Positions 56,547 to 64,000 of a stretch of 64,000 bases of DNA are shown here, one piece after another (the first letter of the stretch is position 1; every line of letters begins with the position of its first letter). The position numbers were made by a program, and so were the translations under genes. Origin of the DNA: Escherichia coli. Its GTDB lineage: Bacteria > Pseudomonadota > Gammaproteobacteria > Enterobacterales > Enterobacteriaceae. The stretch is taken from the NCBI RefSeq assembly GCF_030013595.1, contig NZ_CP122769.1. The stretch is one strand, 5' to 3'. A model generated the notes under the pieces. The model had not been told where the DNA came from. It did not search any database and was given only the letters and a program-made list of their open reading frames with translations.

Positions 56547-56804
56547 TTAAAGGTAGCGTTGCAAAGTTGCAACATCTTCAGGGGCAACCTCCACGCAGCT
56601 CCTGACACTGTAGTGATTTTCGCCGTTGTAGTCATAAACCCCACCGTCTTCAAAACTCAGCTGTTCAACCTCGCCAGCACACTCGGAAATCAGTGCCGTC
56701 TGGCAAGCATTTTTCTCACAATCGCTGACGAGTATACGAACATAGCTTTTCTCATGGTCGCCGTTACGGTTCTGGATCTTTACGATAAAGTGTTTTTCAG
56801 ACAT
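56547..56804 (-). CDS. Small hypothetical protein
   Basis: 85-aa ORF; preferred over overlapping ORF 56420..56653. Confidence 0.5.
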   Translation of the reverse strand: MSEKHFIVKIQNRNGDHEKSYVRILVSDCEKNACQTALISECAGEVEQLSFEDGGVYDYNGENHYSVRSCVEVAPEDVATLQRYL

Positions 56805-56868
56805 TTGTGCCTCCAGCTCAGGTTGAGGTTAATTTAGCGTTGCCCCGGTTCACCGGGGCAAGAATAAA

Positions 56869-57297
56869 TCAACCCTTAATGAAATTGTGCCCCCAGGTGT
56901 TAGGCTTAAATGCCTGCTCTTTGATATATGTTTTCATTACCTTGCAGGTTTTTTTCAGGGCTTTGGTATTGGCATCGGTTACTGGGATAAAATGGCGAGA
57001 ATGACGGTTTTCCCGGTACTGCTTATCAGCGTTTGGGTCAATTGCTTCGCTTTGCAGGAGCCCTTCGTGCCTGCCAATTACTATTACGTAGTTCATTTCA
57101 CCTGAAACACGATCCGTGAGTAATTGAAGGGAAATATCAGCTGCTCGCGTGGCCTGGCTTGCAGATATTTTTGCATGCAAGAAAGCCCCCTTTCTGAATT
57201 TGGCCGGAGTTAGCCCTGTAATATCCTCAACACTAAAATTAAGTGAGGAAAGAATTGAAAATAAGTCGCAGCTAATGACTTCAGTATTATTAGGCAT
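56869..57297 (-). CDS. Hypothetical protein
   Basis: 142-aa ORF. Confidence 0.55.
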   Translation of the reverse strand: MPNNTEVISCDLFSILSSLNFSVEDITGLTPAKFRKGAFLHAKISASQATRAADISLQLLTDRVSGEMNYVIVIGRHEGLLQSEAIDPNADKQYRENRHSRHFIPVTDANTKALKKTCKVMKTYIKEQAFKPNTWGHNFIKG

Positions 57298-57391
57298 TTT
57301 ACCCGTCCCCGTCCATATTCATGATACGGTAATGATACCAGGTCGATATCATTACCTAATAACTTGGTGAAAGAAAATCTGTAATTTTTAG

Positions 57392-57769
57392 TTAACTAAA
57401 ATTAATAGTCTCAATACTGCTCAAGAATTCTTTTTTTACGTCCGGTGTAAAAGGTATACGTTCAATGTATTTATAAAGTGTCGCAAATGTTTTGGGTTCA
57501 ATGTTTCGGGAGATAATGTCATCAATCGGATCTTCGAACATATTGATAAAGATATCGACATGCTGCTCTCCGCTTTCTGATGCCTTTGAAAGAAGACTGA
57601 CCACTTCAATGTAGCGATTATCCTGCTCTGCAATGAACAACCAGTGCCCTTCGTTAAAGGCGGGTGCAGCGCTGTAGCGTTTAACAACAATTTCTGAAAG
57701 ATTATATCCTGCCTGATTCAGCAGATTATTAAAGTTGAGTTGAGTTGAAATCACGTCTAACGTTTTCAT
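57392..57769 (-). CDS. Hypothetical protein
   Basis: 125-aa ORF; AGGAGG SD; conserved promoter module upstream. Confidence 0.6.
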   Translation of the reverse strand: MKTLDVISTQLNFNNLLNQAGYNLSEIVVKRYSAAPAFNEGHWLFIAEQDNRYIEVVSLLSKASESGEQHVDIFINMFEDPIDDIISRNIEPKTFATLYKYIERIPFTPDVKKEFLSSIETINFS

Positions 57770-57793
57770 AAAACCTCCTTTTCATCTGTACTT

Positions 57794-57830
57794 ATTATAC
57801 TGTTACCCAACCCCCAGCTAATAACCTCCC
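57794..57830 (-). promoter_or_regulatory. Conserved promoter module, copy 8
   Basis: Minus strand GGGAGGTTATTAGCT, 16 nt, TATAAT. Confidence 0.6.
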
Positions 57831-57939
57831 AGCAAATTTTCAGAAAAAAAACACCGCCTTTTATTTAAGATTGAACACATCCTTTTTAAATACCAACAAT
57901 GATTATGAAACCACAATGTAAGTGAAGCGCCATTATGGA

Positions 57940-57950
57940 AAAGTAACTTT
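57940..57950. repeat. Palindromic box, copy 19 (ggAAAAGTAACTTTTgtg)
   Basis: Read directly; 110 bp upstream of promoter module copy 8. Confidence 0.85.
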
Positions 57951-58176
57951 TGTGCAGCTCATAAATTTTATTTATTAGTTACGTTCCTTTGTCTTGTGGT
58001 CGAAGTTCATCAGGCGAGGCCTAAGAAGAATATGTGTGGTTTCAGCCAATGCGGTGATCGGGCATTATAATTTGGTCGGGCTATTATACGTGGGTAAAGG
58101 TAGTGGTAGGGAGAGGATCAGGTTAAATTGCATTTTCCCGGTTGCCTTCCCTGGCCTACCGGTTTCAGGTCAGACG

Positions 58177-59358
58177 CTAAGACCAGCGGTAATACTTAAA
58201 GTAGTCCTCATTTACAGCCAAAAACTCCCTTAAACCGTTCATTAATCCCTTTTCAAACGCTGTAACGATAAACCGGTATCCGTCCAGTGTTTCAATGTAG
58301 TAGATCCCGCCCGGTGTTATTCCAACATGCAACACCTCGGCTGTCATCATAAACTGGCCTTCCGGAAAATCATGCGACAGGTATATAAAACCCGTCGTGG
58401 CCGGTGCGGGTGTGGCATTCACTAAGACACCGTTAAACTGCTGCCCGTGCCTCGCCGGTACAAGCTCACTTCCCCTGGTTGACTTATCGAGCAGCCCCTT
58501 AACATCTTTTTGCTCTTTAGATGAGGTATAGCCCCGCACATCACTCCCATCACCTGGGCGAGAGCCGGTGCCGACATGTGCAAGACGACGGTAAGCGCTG
58601 CGCATATTGATGTGGCAGGATGCCCCGGCTCTACCCTGAAGCCTTACGCCAAAATCTTCGCAAAGTAATAAAATCTGACGTAGCTGGTGTTCATACACGG
58701 ACGCAGAAAGTGAAAGGTTGAAACTGGAAAAGGTCAGTTCTAAAACCTTTTCCCGTTTGTCATTGAAATGTGCTTCCAGCCTGATGATTGGCTTTTCCGA
58801 CATTGCAAAAGCTTTGTCCGTTGCTCTGTACCGGCATTCATCTCCGAAACATTCTTCAACAACGCTGGCTATAACCGTGTCGTGATCGCCATCTTCCGGA
58901 GCTGGCACAAAGATTTCAAATTGTGCCGGTGTCTCCGGCTCCAGCAGAACGGGATATAAACGCGGAGAATTAAGCAATGCGCATTCAGAATTAATGAGCT
59001 TAACCCAGGCGCTTTTGTCGTCCGGATCCTTAAGCTGCTGTCCAAGGTTATCGCAAAAGTCTACTATCTGACGGGTATGCTCATCCGTGACTGCACAGAT
59101 CAGGTTAAGACCATGCGTGGCCATACTCAATTCCCGGGTTCGGGACTGGGAATTGATCGACCAGGGGTTAAGTGAAAGCGAAATAGGGCTTATGGAAGGG
59201 ACGACCGTCTCATTCTGCAAATCTGTAAGCTGGCAGTTCGCAGTAGGCTTCGGGGAAAGGGTACTAAATATGTAACTTGCCTGTTGTTTAGTACTGGCCT
59301 GGATATAAAACATCGCGTCCATGCTTGTATCCCGGGATGAAATTGAAAATAGCTTCAT
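58177..59358 (-). CDS. 393-aa protein of unknown function, translationally linked to the HigB-like toxin
   Basis: ATG 9 nt after the toxin stop (TAAGGTTAAAAATG); no HTH or other motif recognised. Confidence 0.6.
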   Translation of the reverse strand: MKLFSISSRDTSMDAMFYIQASTKQQASYIFSTLSPKPTANCQLTDLQNETVVPSISPISLSLNPWSINSQSRTRELSMATHGLNLICAVTDEHTRQIVDFCDNLGQQLKDPDDKSAWVKLINSECALLNSPRLYPVLLEPETPAQFEIFVPAPEDGDHDTVIASVVEECFGDECRYRATDKAFAMSEKPIIRLEAHFNDKREKVLELTFSSFNLSLSASVYEHQLRQILLLCEDFGVRLQGRAGASCHINMRSAYRRLAHVGTGSRPGDGSDVRGYTSSKEQKDVKGLLDKSTRGSELVPARHGQQFNGVLVNATPAPATTGFIYLSHDFPEGQFMMTAEVLHVGITPGGIYYIETLDGYRFIVTAFEKGLMNGLREFLAVNEDYFKYYRWS

Positions 59359-59366
59359 TTTTAACC

Positions 59367-59663
59367 TTAATGGATGAGCGATTTATAGTCATGTGCTGAC
59401 AAATGGACATTATGTGCGCCATCATTCCATTCAAAGAATAATCGATACTTAGAGTTTACTCGAATGGAGGAATAACGGTTTGACGTCATTCTTAAGCGTT
59501 CATAACGCAAGCTGTTGGATAATAACTCCCGCTCACTCTGGACATTATCCAGCGTTTCGAGTCGACACAGAATCGCGTTAATAATTTCAGAAGGAATACC
59601 TGCCGTTGTTTTTCCATTACGGAAGAACTTTTCAAGCCGTCTGTCTTTAAATGAATGGATCAT
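59367..59663 (-). CDS. higB: HigB-like (RelE/ParE superfamily, 'plasmid maintenance system killer') toxin
   Basis: 98-aa ORF; MIHSFKDRRLEKFF..G..IP.., ..RYERLR....YSIRVNSKYRLFFEWNDG.A..V.L..DY matches the MIxSFxxK..E..F / SIRIN..WRI.F.W pattern of this family. Confidence 0.7.
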   Translation of the reverse strand: MIHSFKDRRLEKFFRNGKTTAGIPSEIINAILCRLETLDNVQSERELLSNSLRYERLRMTSNRYSSIRVNSKYRLFFEWNDGAHNVHLSAHDYKSLIH

Positions 59664-59712
59664 AGTTCCTCCGTAATAATTGACCTTAAAATTAAATTAA
59701 AAGGGCTTTGAA

Positions 59713-60183
59713 TTAATGAATCCCTAAAATGCGGGCGGCGACTGCCAGCTGCTTATCACTTAACTGACGCTGGTGGGTTAAAGAAGACTTAAGGCTTTCC
59801 AGAAAATTATTACTGCTGGATTGCTGGGTGATTGCATCAACCATTTTTTGATGAGATCTGCACCATGCATTGAACGCAGAGTTGTGGGCGTTTTCAGTCC
59901 TCAAACGCTCGTTTTGCAAGGATGCTGACACTTTGCGGGCAGCTTGAGCATTAATGCGGTACAGCGCATTCAGCGTGTAAGAAGTGCGGGTCGTTTCGAG
60001 GCTGTAACCCGTGGCTTTACAAGCCATACAGCGACTTCTATAAAAATGCTTACGCTCTCCCCGACCATTGCATTTATCGCAAAGAATACGAAAAGTATAT
60101 TCCGCAGTACCTTTTACAGAATCAACACAGCGGATTTTTGCGCTGGAGATTTCAATTCCACTGCGATCATAATATTTGGTCAT
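59713..60183 (-). CDS. Zinc-finger (DnaJ-type CxxCxGxG) protein of unknown function
   Basis: 156-aa ORF; CDKCNGRG and CMACKATG repeats; GGAGGA SD. Confidence 0.6.
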   Translation of the reverse strand: MTKYYDRSGIEISSAKIRCVDSVKGTAEYTFRILCDKCNGRGERKHFYRSRCMACKATGYSLETTRTSYTLNALYRINAQAARKVSASLQNERLRTENAHNSAFNAWCRSHQKMVDAITQQSSSNNFLESLKSSLTHQRQLSDKQLAVAARILGIH

Positions 60184-60213
60184 AATGTGATTCCTCCGGT
60201 TAGTTCTGGAGTA

Positions 60214-60250
60214 ATCATGACAGAATGAATCTACTGGCTAATAACCTGAG
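60214..60250 (-). promoter_or_regulatory. Conserved promoter module, copy 9
   Basis: Minus strand CTCAGGTTATTAGCC, 16 nt, CATGAT. Confidence 0.55.
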
Positions 60251-60617
60251 AGTAAATATTTTAAAAAAACATTGAGAGAGGGTCTGCAAATTTATACACG
60301 AAGGATTCAAATATAATTTTGTTTAAAAAATTAAGAGCATTCTGAAGTAAAAGTGCATCAAAAAGCATTCATGGATAAATCATGTACTGGTGCCAGCCAT
60401 TTAAACGCGGGCATTGTTCCGGAGTGATTAAACGGTTTAGCATCATAGATTAAAACCAAAAGGAAGGCGTCCTTCCCGTCTCGGGAATATTACTTTCCCG
60501 TTTGCAATTTAAGAGCCACTTAATGAGAAAGTAATAATTAAGTCATGCTCAACTCTACATATTACATTGAGGATGGCGTAACAGGGTACGGCATACTACC
60601 GCACCCTTCTGAAGAGC

Positions 60618-63007
60618 TTATGTTTGAGGGAATTCTATAGCAAATGTGGCCGTGCCAGATTGACCACTTACAGCGGGAGTAACGGGATACGTGCGCTCTT
60701 CACCATTACCAAGATCCAGTGACAGCGATTTAGTTTCACCAGGCTGGACCGTAACTCCGGCAACCGTAACGCCGAACTGGGCATTTTTCTGAACAGTCAG
60801 GGTTCCGTTTAACTGTCCGGTAATGATAGAACCGTCCTGACGCCGCAACACACTGGTTCGGATGATGGCCAGCGGCGTGTTGTCCGTTGCTTTCAGTGCT
60901 ACGGCTGTGGCCAGCGTCTTGAGATTATCCAGCATAATCAGATTCGCAGGCTGGTAGGTAAAATTAAGCGTTTTAGTGGTCCGGTTACCTGATTCGTCAA
61001 TAGCCAGTGCCTCCAGATGATACATCTGTCCCGATTCGTCAGTGTTGGGGAAGATTCTGGGGTATTCCGGAATAAAGACATCCTTGGATAACGGCGTGAA
61101 TGCCAGGGTGACCTTTTCAGAGTTAGGTCCACCAGCGAGCTGAAGCGATGTCAGGGAAGCATCCCCAGAGGCATCAGTAACGCTTATGCGAAGGTTCTCA
61201 AGCCCTTTAACCAGTTTTCCTTCTGCGTCTGCGCCATTAAAACTGAACGCGATAACCGGAAGCGTTGAGTCAATTTTCAGCGGTGCATTAAGCGTTTTGG
61301 TTCCGGTGTTTCCAACAAGATCCGTGGCAGAGACGCTAACCACCGTATAATCCCCGTCCGGTAGACCAGCGTATGAGAAGGTGGCGTTTTTGGTTTATAA
61401 TCGCTTTCACTGACGGTCACAGGCTTCAGCGTGAAAGGTTCCCCCCGGGCATTTTTAAGGGTGGCTTCGAAAACTTTGGTATCCCAGTAGCTGATGTTCC
61501 AGGCGTTGACGCGATCATTATCGGTGGCCGTCATAGTGATTGTCTTGGAGGCCTTGTTTACCTGAGCGACATTAACCACCGGTGGGTTGTTATCCCAGAT
61601 AACCGTAAAATTACCAGCAAGCGCATCGAATATGCTGTCACCATCTTTTCCCGAGTAAAGGTGCAGATACTCAAATCCTTTGTCACTGGTGTAGTTGAAG
61701 TTAACCGTCATCTCGCATGAACTTTGTCCGATAGGTATAGTGCAGAACCAGGCTGCATTTTTTACCGTTCTGAACTTTTGCACGTATGGTCGGGGTTCAG
61801 CGGTTACCTTTATGCGGCTAATGGTGGCGGTTTTAACGCTGATTGAGGCCTGAGTTAACCACTCACTGGTATCACTCCGGTACATCTCTTTAGCCACTAT
61901 CTTCGGGGCTATTTCCATCGCCGGGGCTGGAGTGAAGTTGAGGGAGTTATGATGAATTCGTCTTACTCCTCCTGCCAGAGTCTGGAATTCATGATAAGTA
62001 TCCCCCACATTGGGATATATGTATTTGAAAGTATAAATATTATAAGTGCTATCGGACGTCTGGAAATTCGAGTCCGCCCAGCCATATTTGGAACCGTTAA
62101 CAGCAGTAAAGTCACTTTTTTTCCTTAATACCCGTACGGAAATAGGGTTCTGGAAGACGGTCATGCCAGACTGATAAGTGACCCATGATCCGGTAGTGGC
62201 GTCCTGCACCTGGATGATATCGTCAGGCTTAACCCGATCAATTACGCTTCGGCGGCTTAGTTCGATCCTGTTTCCCGCTTTGTCATAAAGGTAGATCCCC
62301 ACTTTATATTCAGAGCGGTTTTCCGGTGCCAGGGCATTGCTGCTTGCGTCGGCGACTTGAACGGTTACGCTACCTTCCACTGTATTAATTTCCGCTGGCT
62401 TTTTACGCTCCACTCCAGCGGCATCGGTTATGAAATATTCAGCATTAGCAAGCCCGGAACCTTTATCACTCAGTCCATTAAAGACCAGTGCCTGGACGCT
62501 GGCGTACTGCATACCGGCTGGTACTGAAGTGAAGATCGCTTCGCTGCCAAAGTTCCACCCGTTTCTCGTATAACTTATGGTACCCGTTGCCGGAGGCGTT
62601 CGGTCAATTGCAAGCGGGTAATCCTGCCGGGAGACCTCCTTCCCTTGCAAGTCGGTAATCACCTCTCTGAGGGTGAAGCTATCTTCTCCCATCGCTGGTA
62701 CGGTCAGAGTCTTGCCGTAATAATCAAAGCCTGTCGAAGATGTGGTACGGTCATCTACGGTAACCAGGCTGCTTTTCGTGCTCCAGATGAGGCTCCCGTC
62801 ACTTTTCAGCAGACTGAGCGTAATATAACGGTCCAGACCGGAAATAACGGCAACGTCAAAGCTCGTTACCGGATTAATCCATACGGATGCAGGCGATACG
62901 GTCTTTTTAACGTTCAGGGTATCTTTAAAGCTGAATTCTGCGATTTCAGCGGAAGCTCCTGCGCTGAAACCTGCAAATGCAATAAGCAGGGCTAGTTTGA
63001 TTTTCAT
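60618..63007 (-). pseudogene. Secreted multi-Ig-like (Big-type) surface protein, split by a frameshift in an A5 run
   Basis: Signal peptide MKIKLALLIAFAGFSAGASA; repeated ..D.AGN.. beta-sandwich motifs; ORFs 61277..63034 and 60618..61343 join if sense A5 (plus T5 61387-61391) were A6, giving about 796 aa. Confidence 0.7.
62108..62118. repeat. Palindromic box, copy 20 (tAAAGTCACTTTtt, centre C), inside Ig-like gene
   Basis: Read directly. Confidence 0.65.
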
Positions 63008-63142
63008 GGGTTGTCTCCTGATCAGGTTCCCCATGATACTTTTTCAGTGTTCGAGATCTTTTCGGGAAAATAGCTAATTTTAATGTTTTTCTTTTCTGCC
63101 CGGCGGGACTTGTTTTGTTTACGTAAATGCAAAAATACAAGA

Positions 63143-63153
63143 AAAGTTACTTT
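63143..63153. repeat. Palindromic box, copy 21 (gAAAAGTTACTTTTTg)
   Basis: Read directly; about 135 bp upstream of the Ig-like gene start. Confidence 0.85.
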
Positions 63154-63410
63154 TTGATAGGGTTAAAATTAGGTTTTCCCAATTTCCAGAAGCAAGCGAA
63201 AGCAGAACTAGCTTAATAGCCATTAAAAACGCCATGCCTATTGATAAATAAAGCTCATTACATTTAATGATTAGAGCATTTAAAACTGAATTAGCGAAAG
63301 AATTTCGGTTAGCTTTTTATTGCATGAGTGAAACAGTATTAATAATCCGGAGCCATCAGAACGTACTCTAAAGACTCCGGTATACAGATATCTTGCCAGT
63401 AAAAATGGCC

Positions 63411-63662
63411 TTACTCCTCATCATCCCCCAGCGCTTTTTTGATGGCGCGGCGGCGGGCTGCATCACCTACACGATATCCGACTGAATATACGTCATTCAA
63501 CCGGCGCAGAATAAGATTTATTTCCTCATCCTGAATGTAGGCAGGTAAACACAGAACTACGTCGCCATCTTCATCATAGACTCGAACAACTTCCTTCTGC
63601 CCATCTCGCTCGCGAATAATCTGGACATGCTGAACCCTGGTGTAATCTGGGATTACGCTCAT
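63411..63662 (-). CDS. Small hypothetical protein
   Basis: 83-aa ORF; AAGAGAG SD. Confidence 0.55.
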   Translation of the reverse strand: MSVIPDYTRVQHVQIIRERDGQKEVVRVYDEDGDVVLCLPAYIQDEEINLILRRLNDVYSVGYRVGDAARRRAIKKALGDDEE

Positions 63663-63694
63663 TTTAAATATCTCTCTTTAATTGTTGTTACCAG

Positions 63695-63898
63695 TTAGCT
63701 ATAAGCCGGTTTATTCAGGTACTCAGTGTTCTGCACAGCAATCGCCTGTTCGTGGATCATTAACACTGCTGGGCGGGCTTTAAGGCGCTTGCTGGTGAGA
63801 AAACGCTTCACTTCTTTAAGTTCGCTGCCAGCCGACAGCATATTGAAGACATGCTGTTTGAGACTGTTGTTATTTTTGGCCACTTGTTTCTCCATCAT
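63695..63898 (-). CDS. Small hypothetical protein (start uncertain)
   Basis: Start placed at the MMEKQ ATG pair; the track ORF extends to 63937 and would overlap the upstream frame. Confidence 0.4.
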   Translation of the reverse strand: MMEKQVAKNNNSLKQHVFNMLSAGSELKEVKRFLTSKRLKARPAVLMIHEQAIAVQNTEYLNKPAYS

Positions 63899-64000
63899 CT
63901 TTGTACATGGTTGTGTCGGGCTGGCCTGCCAGATCACACACGTTATCCATATGCTTTTGGACCCAGTCTGTTAGACCCAGGCCTTCGGCCTTTGCCTGAT
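63870..64000 (-). CDS. 3' end of a gene whose start lies beyond the window
   Basis: Open frame from the window edge: ..QAKAEGLGLTDWVQKHMDNVCDLAGQPDTTMYKDDGETSGQK stop. Confidence 0.3.
   Translation of the reverse strand, partial: QAKAEGLGLTDWVQKHMDNVCDLAGQPDTTMYKDDGETSGQK

Overview
The window reads as one piece of a large IncHI-type (R27/R478-like) conjugative plasmid from an enterobacterium. This is judged from motifs and gene order only; no database search was possible.

- **0-5 kb:** the 3' end of a umuC-like gene, then periplasmic accessory genes (DsbA-like, DsbC-like, lipoprotein, SLT transglycosylase, HAD-like).
- **5-26 kb:** a Tra1-type transfer region. trhG-trhH-trhF and a two-gene regulator pair (trhR/trhY candidates, by eye FlhD/FlhC-like) sit on the minus strand. 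A 670-bp AT-rich divergent region should hold oriT. On the plus strand follow traH-orf-traI (MOBH HD-domain relaxase)-traG (coupling ATPase)-orf-traJ-like, an S49 peptidase and a NERD protein.
- **26-41 kb:** accessory DNA.
  - An IS66-family element (8-bp target duplication) splits a small poly-Gly-tailed ORF.
  - An orphan ParB/KorB-like gene.
  - A GC-richer four-gene plus-strand block.
  - An IS21-family element (5-bp duplication) has cut the last six codons and the 3' UTR off a hok/sok killer locus.
- **41-64 kb:** about 35 co-oriented minus-strand genes, mostly of unknown function.
  - An HNH nuclease.
  - A 794-aa DndC/PAPS-reductase-like protein.
  - Two methyltransferases.
  - A HigB-like toxin with an atypical 393-aa partner.
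  - A gene with an in-frame TGA.
  - A frameshifted Ig-like surface protein.

The strongest unexplained signals are regulatory.
1. The palindromic core AAAGTNACTTT (extended GAAAAGTNACTTTTC) occurs 21 times, mostly in intergenic DNA. Two copies lie just upstream of the ParB/KorB-like gene.
2. A conserved promoter module (CTCAGGTTATTAGCC, 16-17 nt, TATAAT-like) occurs nine times, each in front of a minus-strand gene or operon.

Together they suggest a plasmid-wide, KorB-style operator regulon.

No rRNA, tRNA or CRISPR array was seen.
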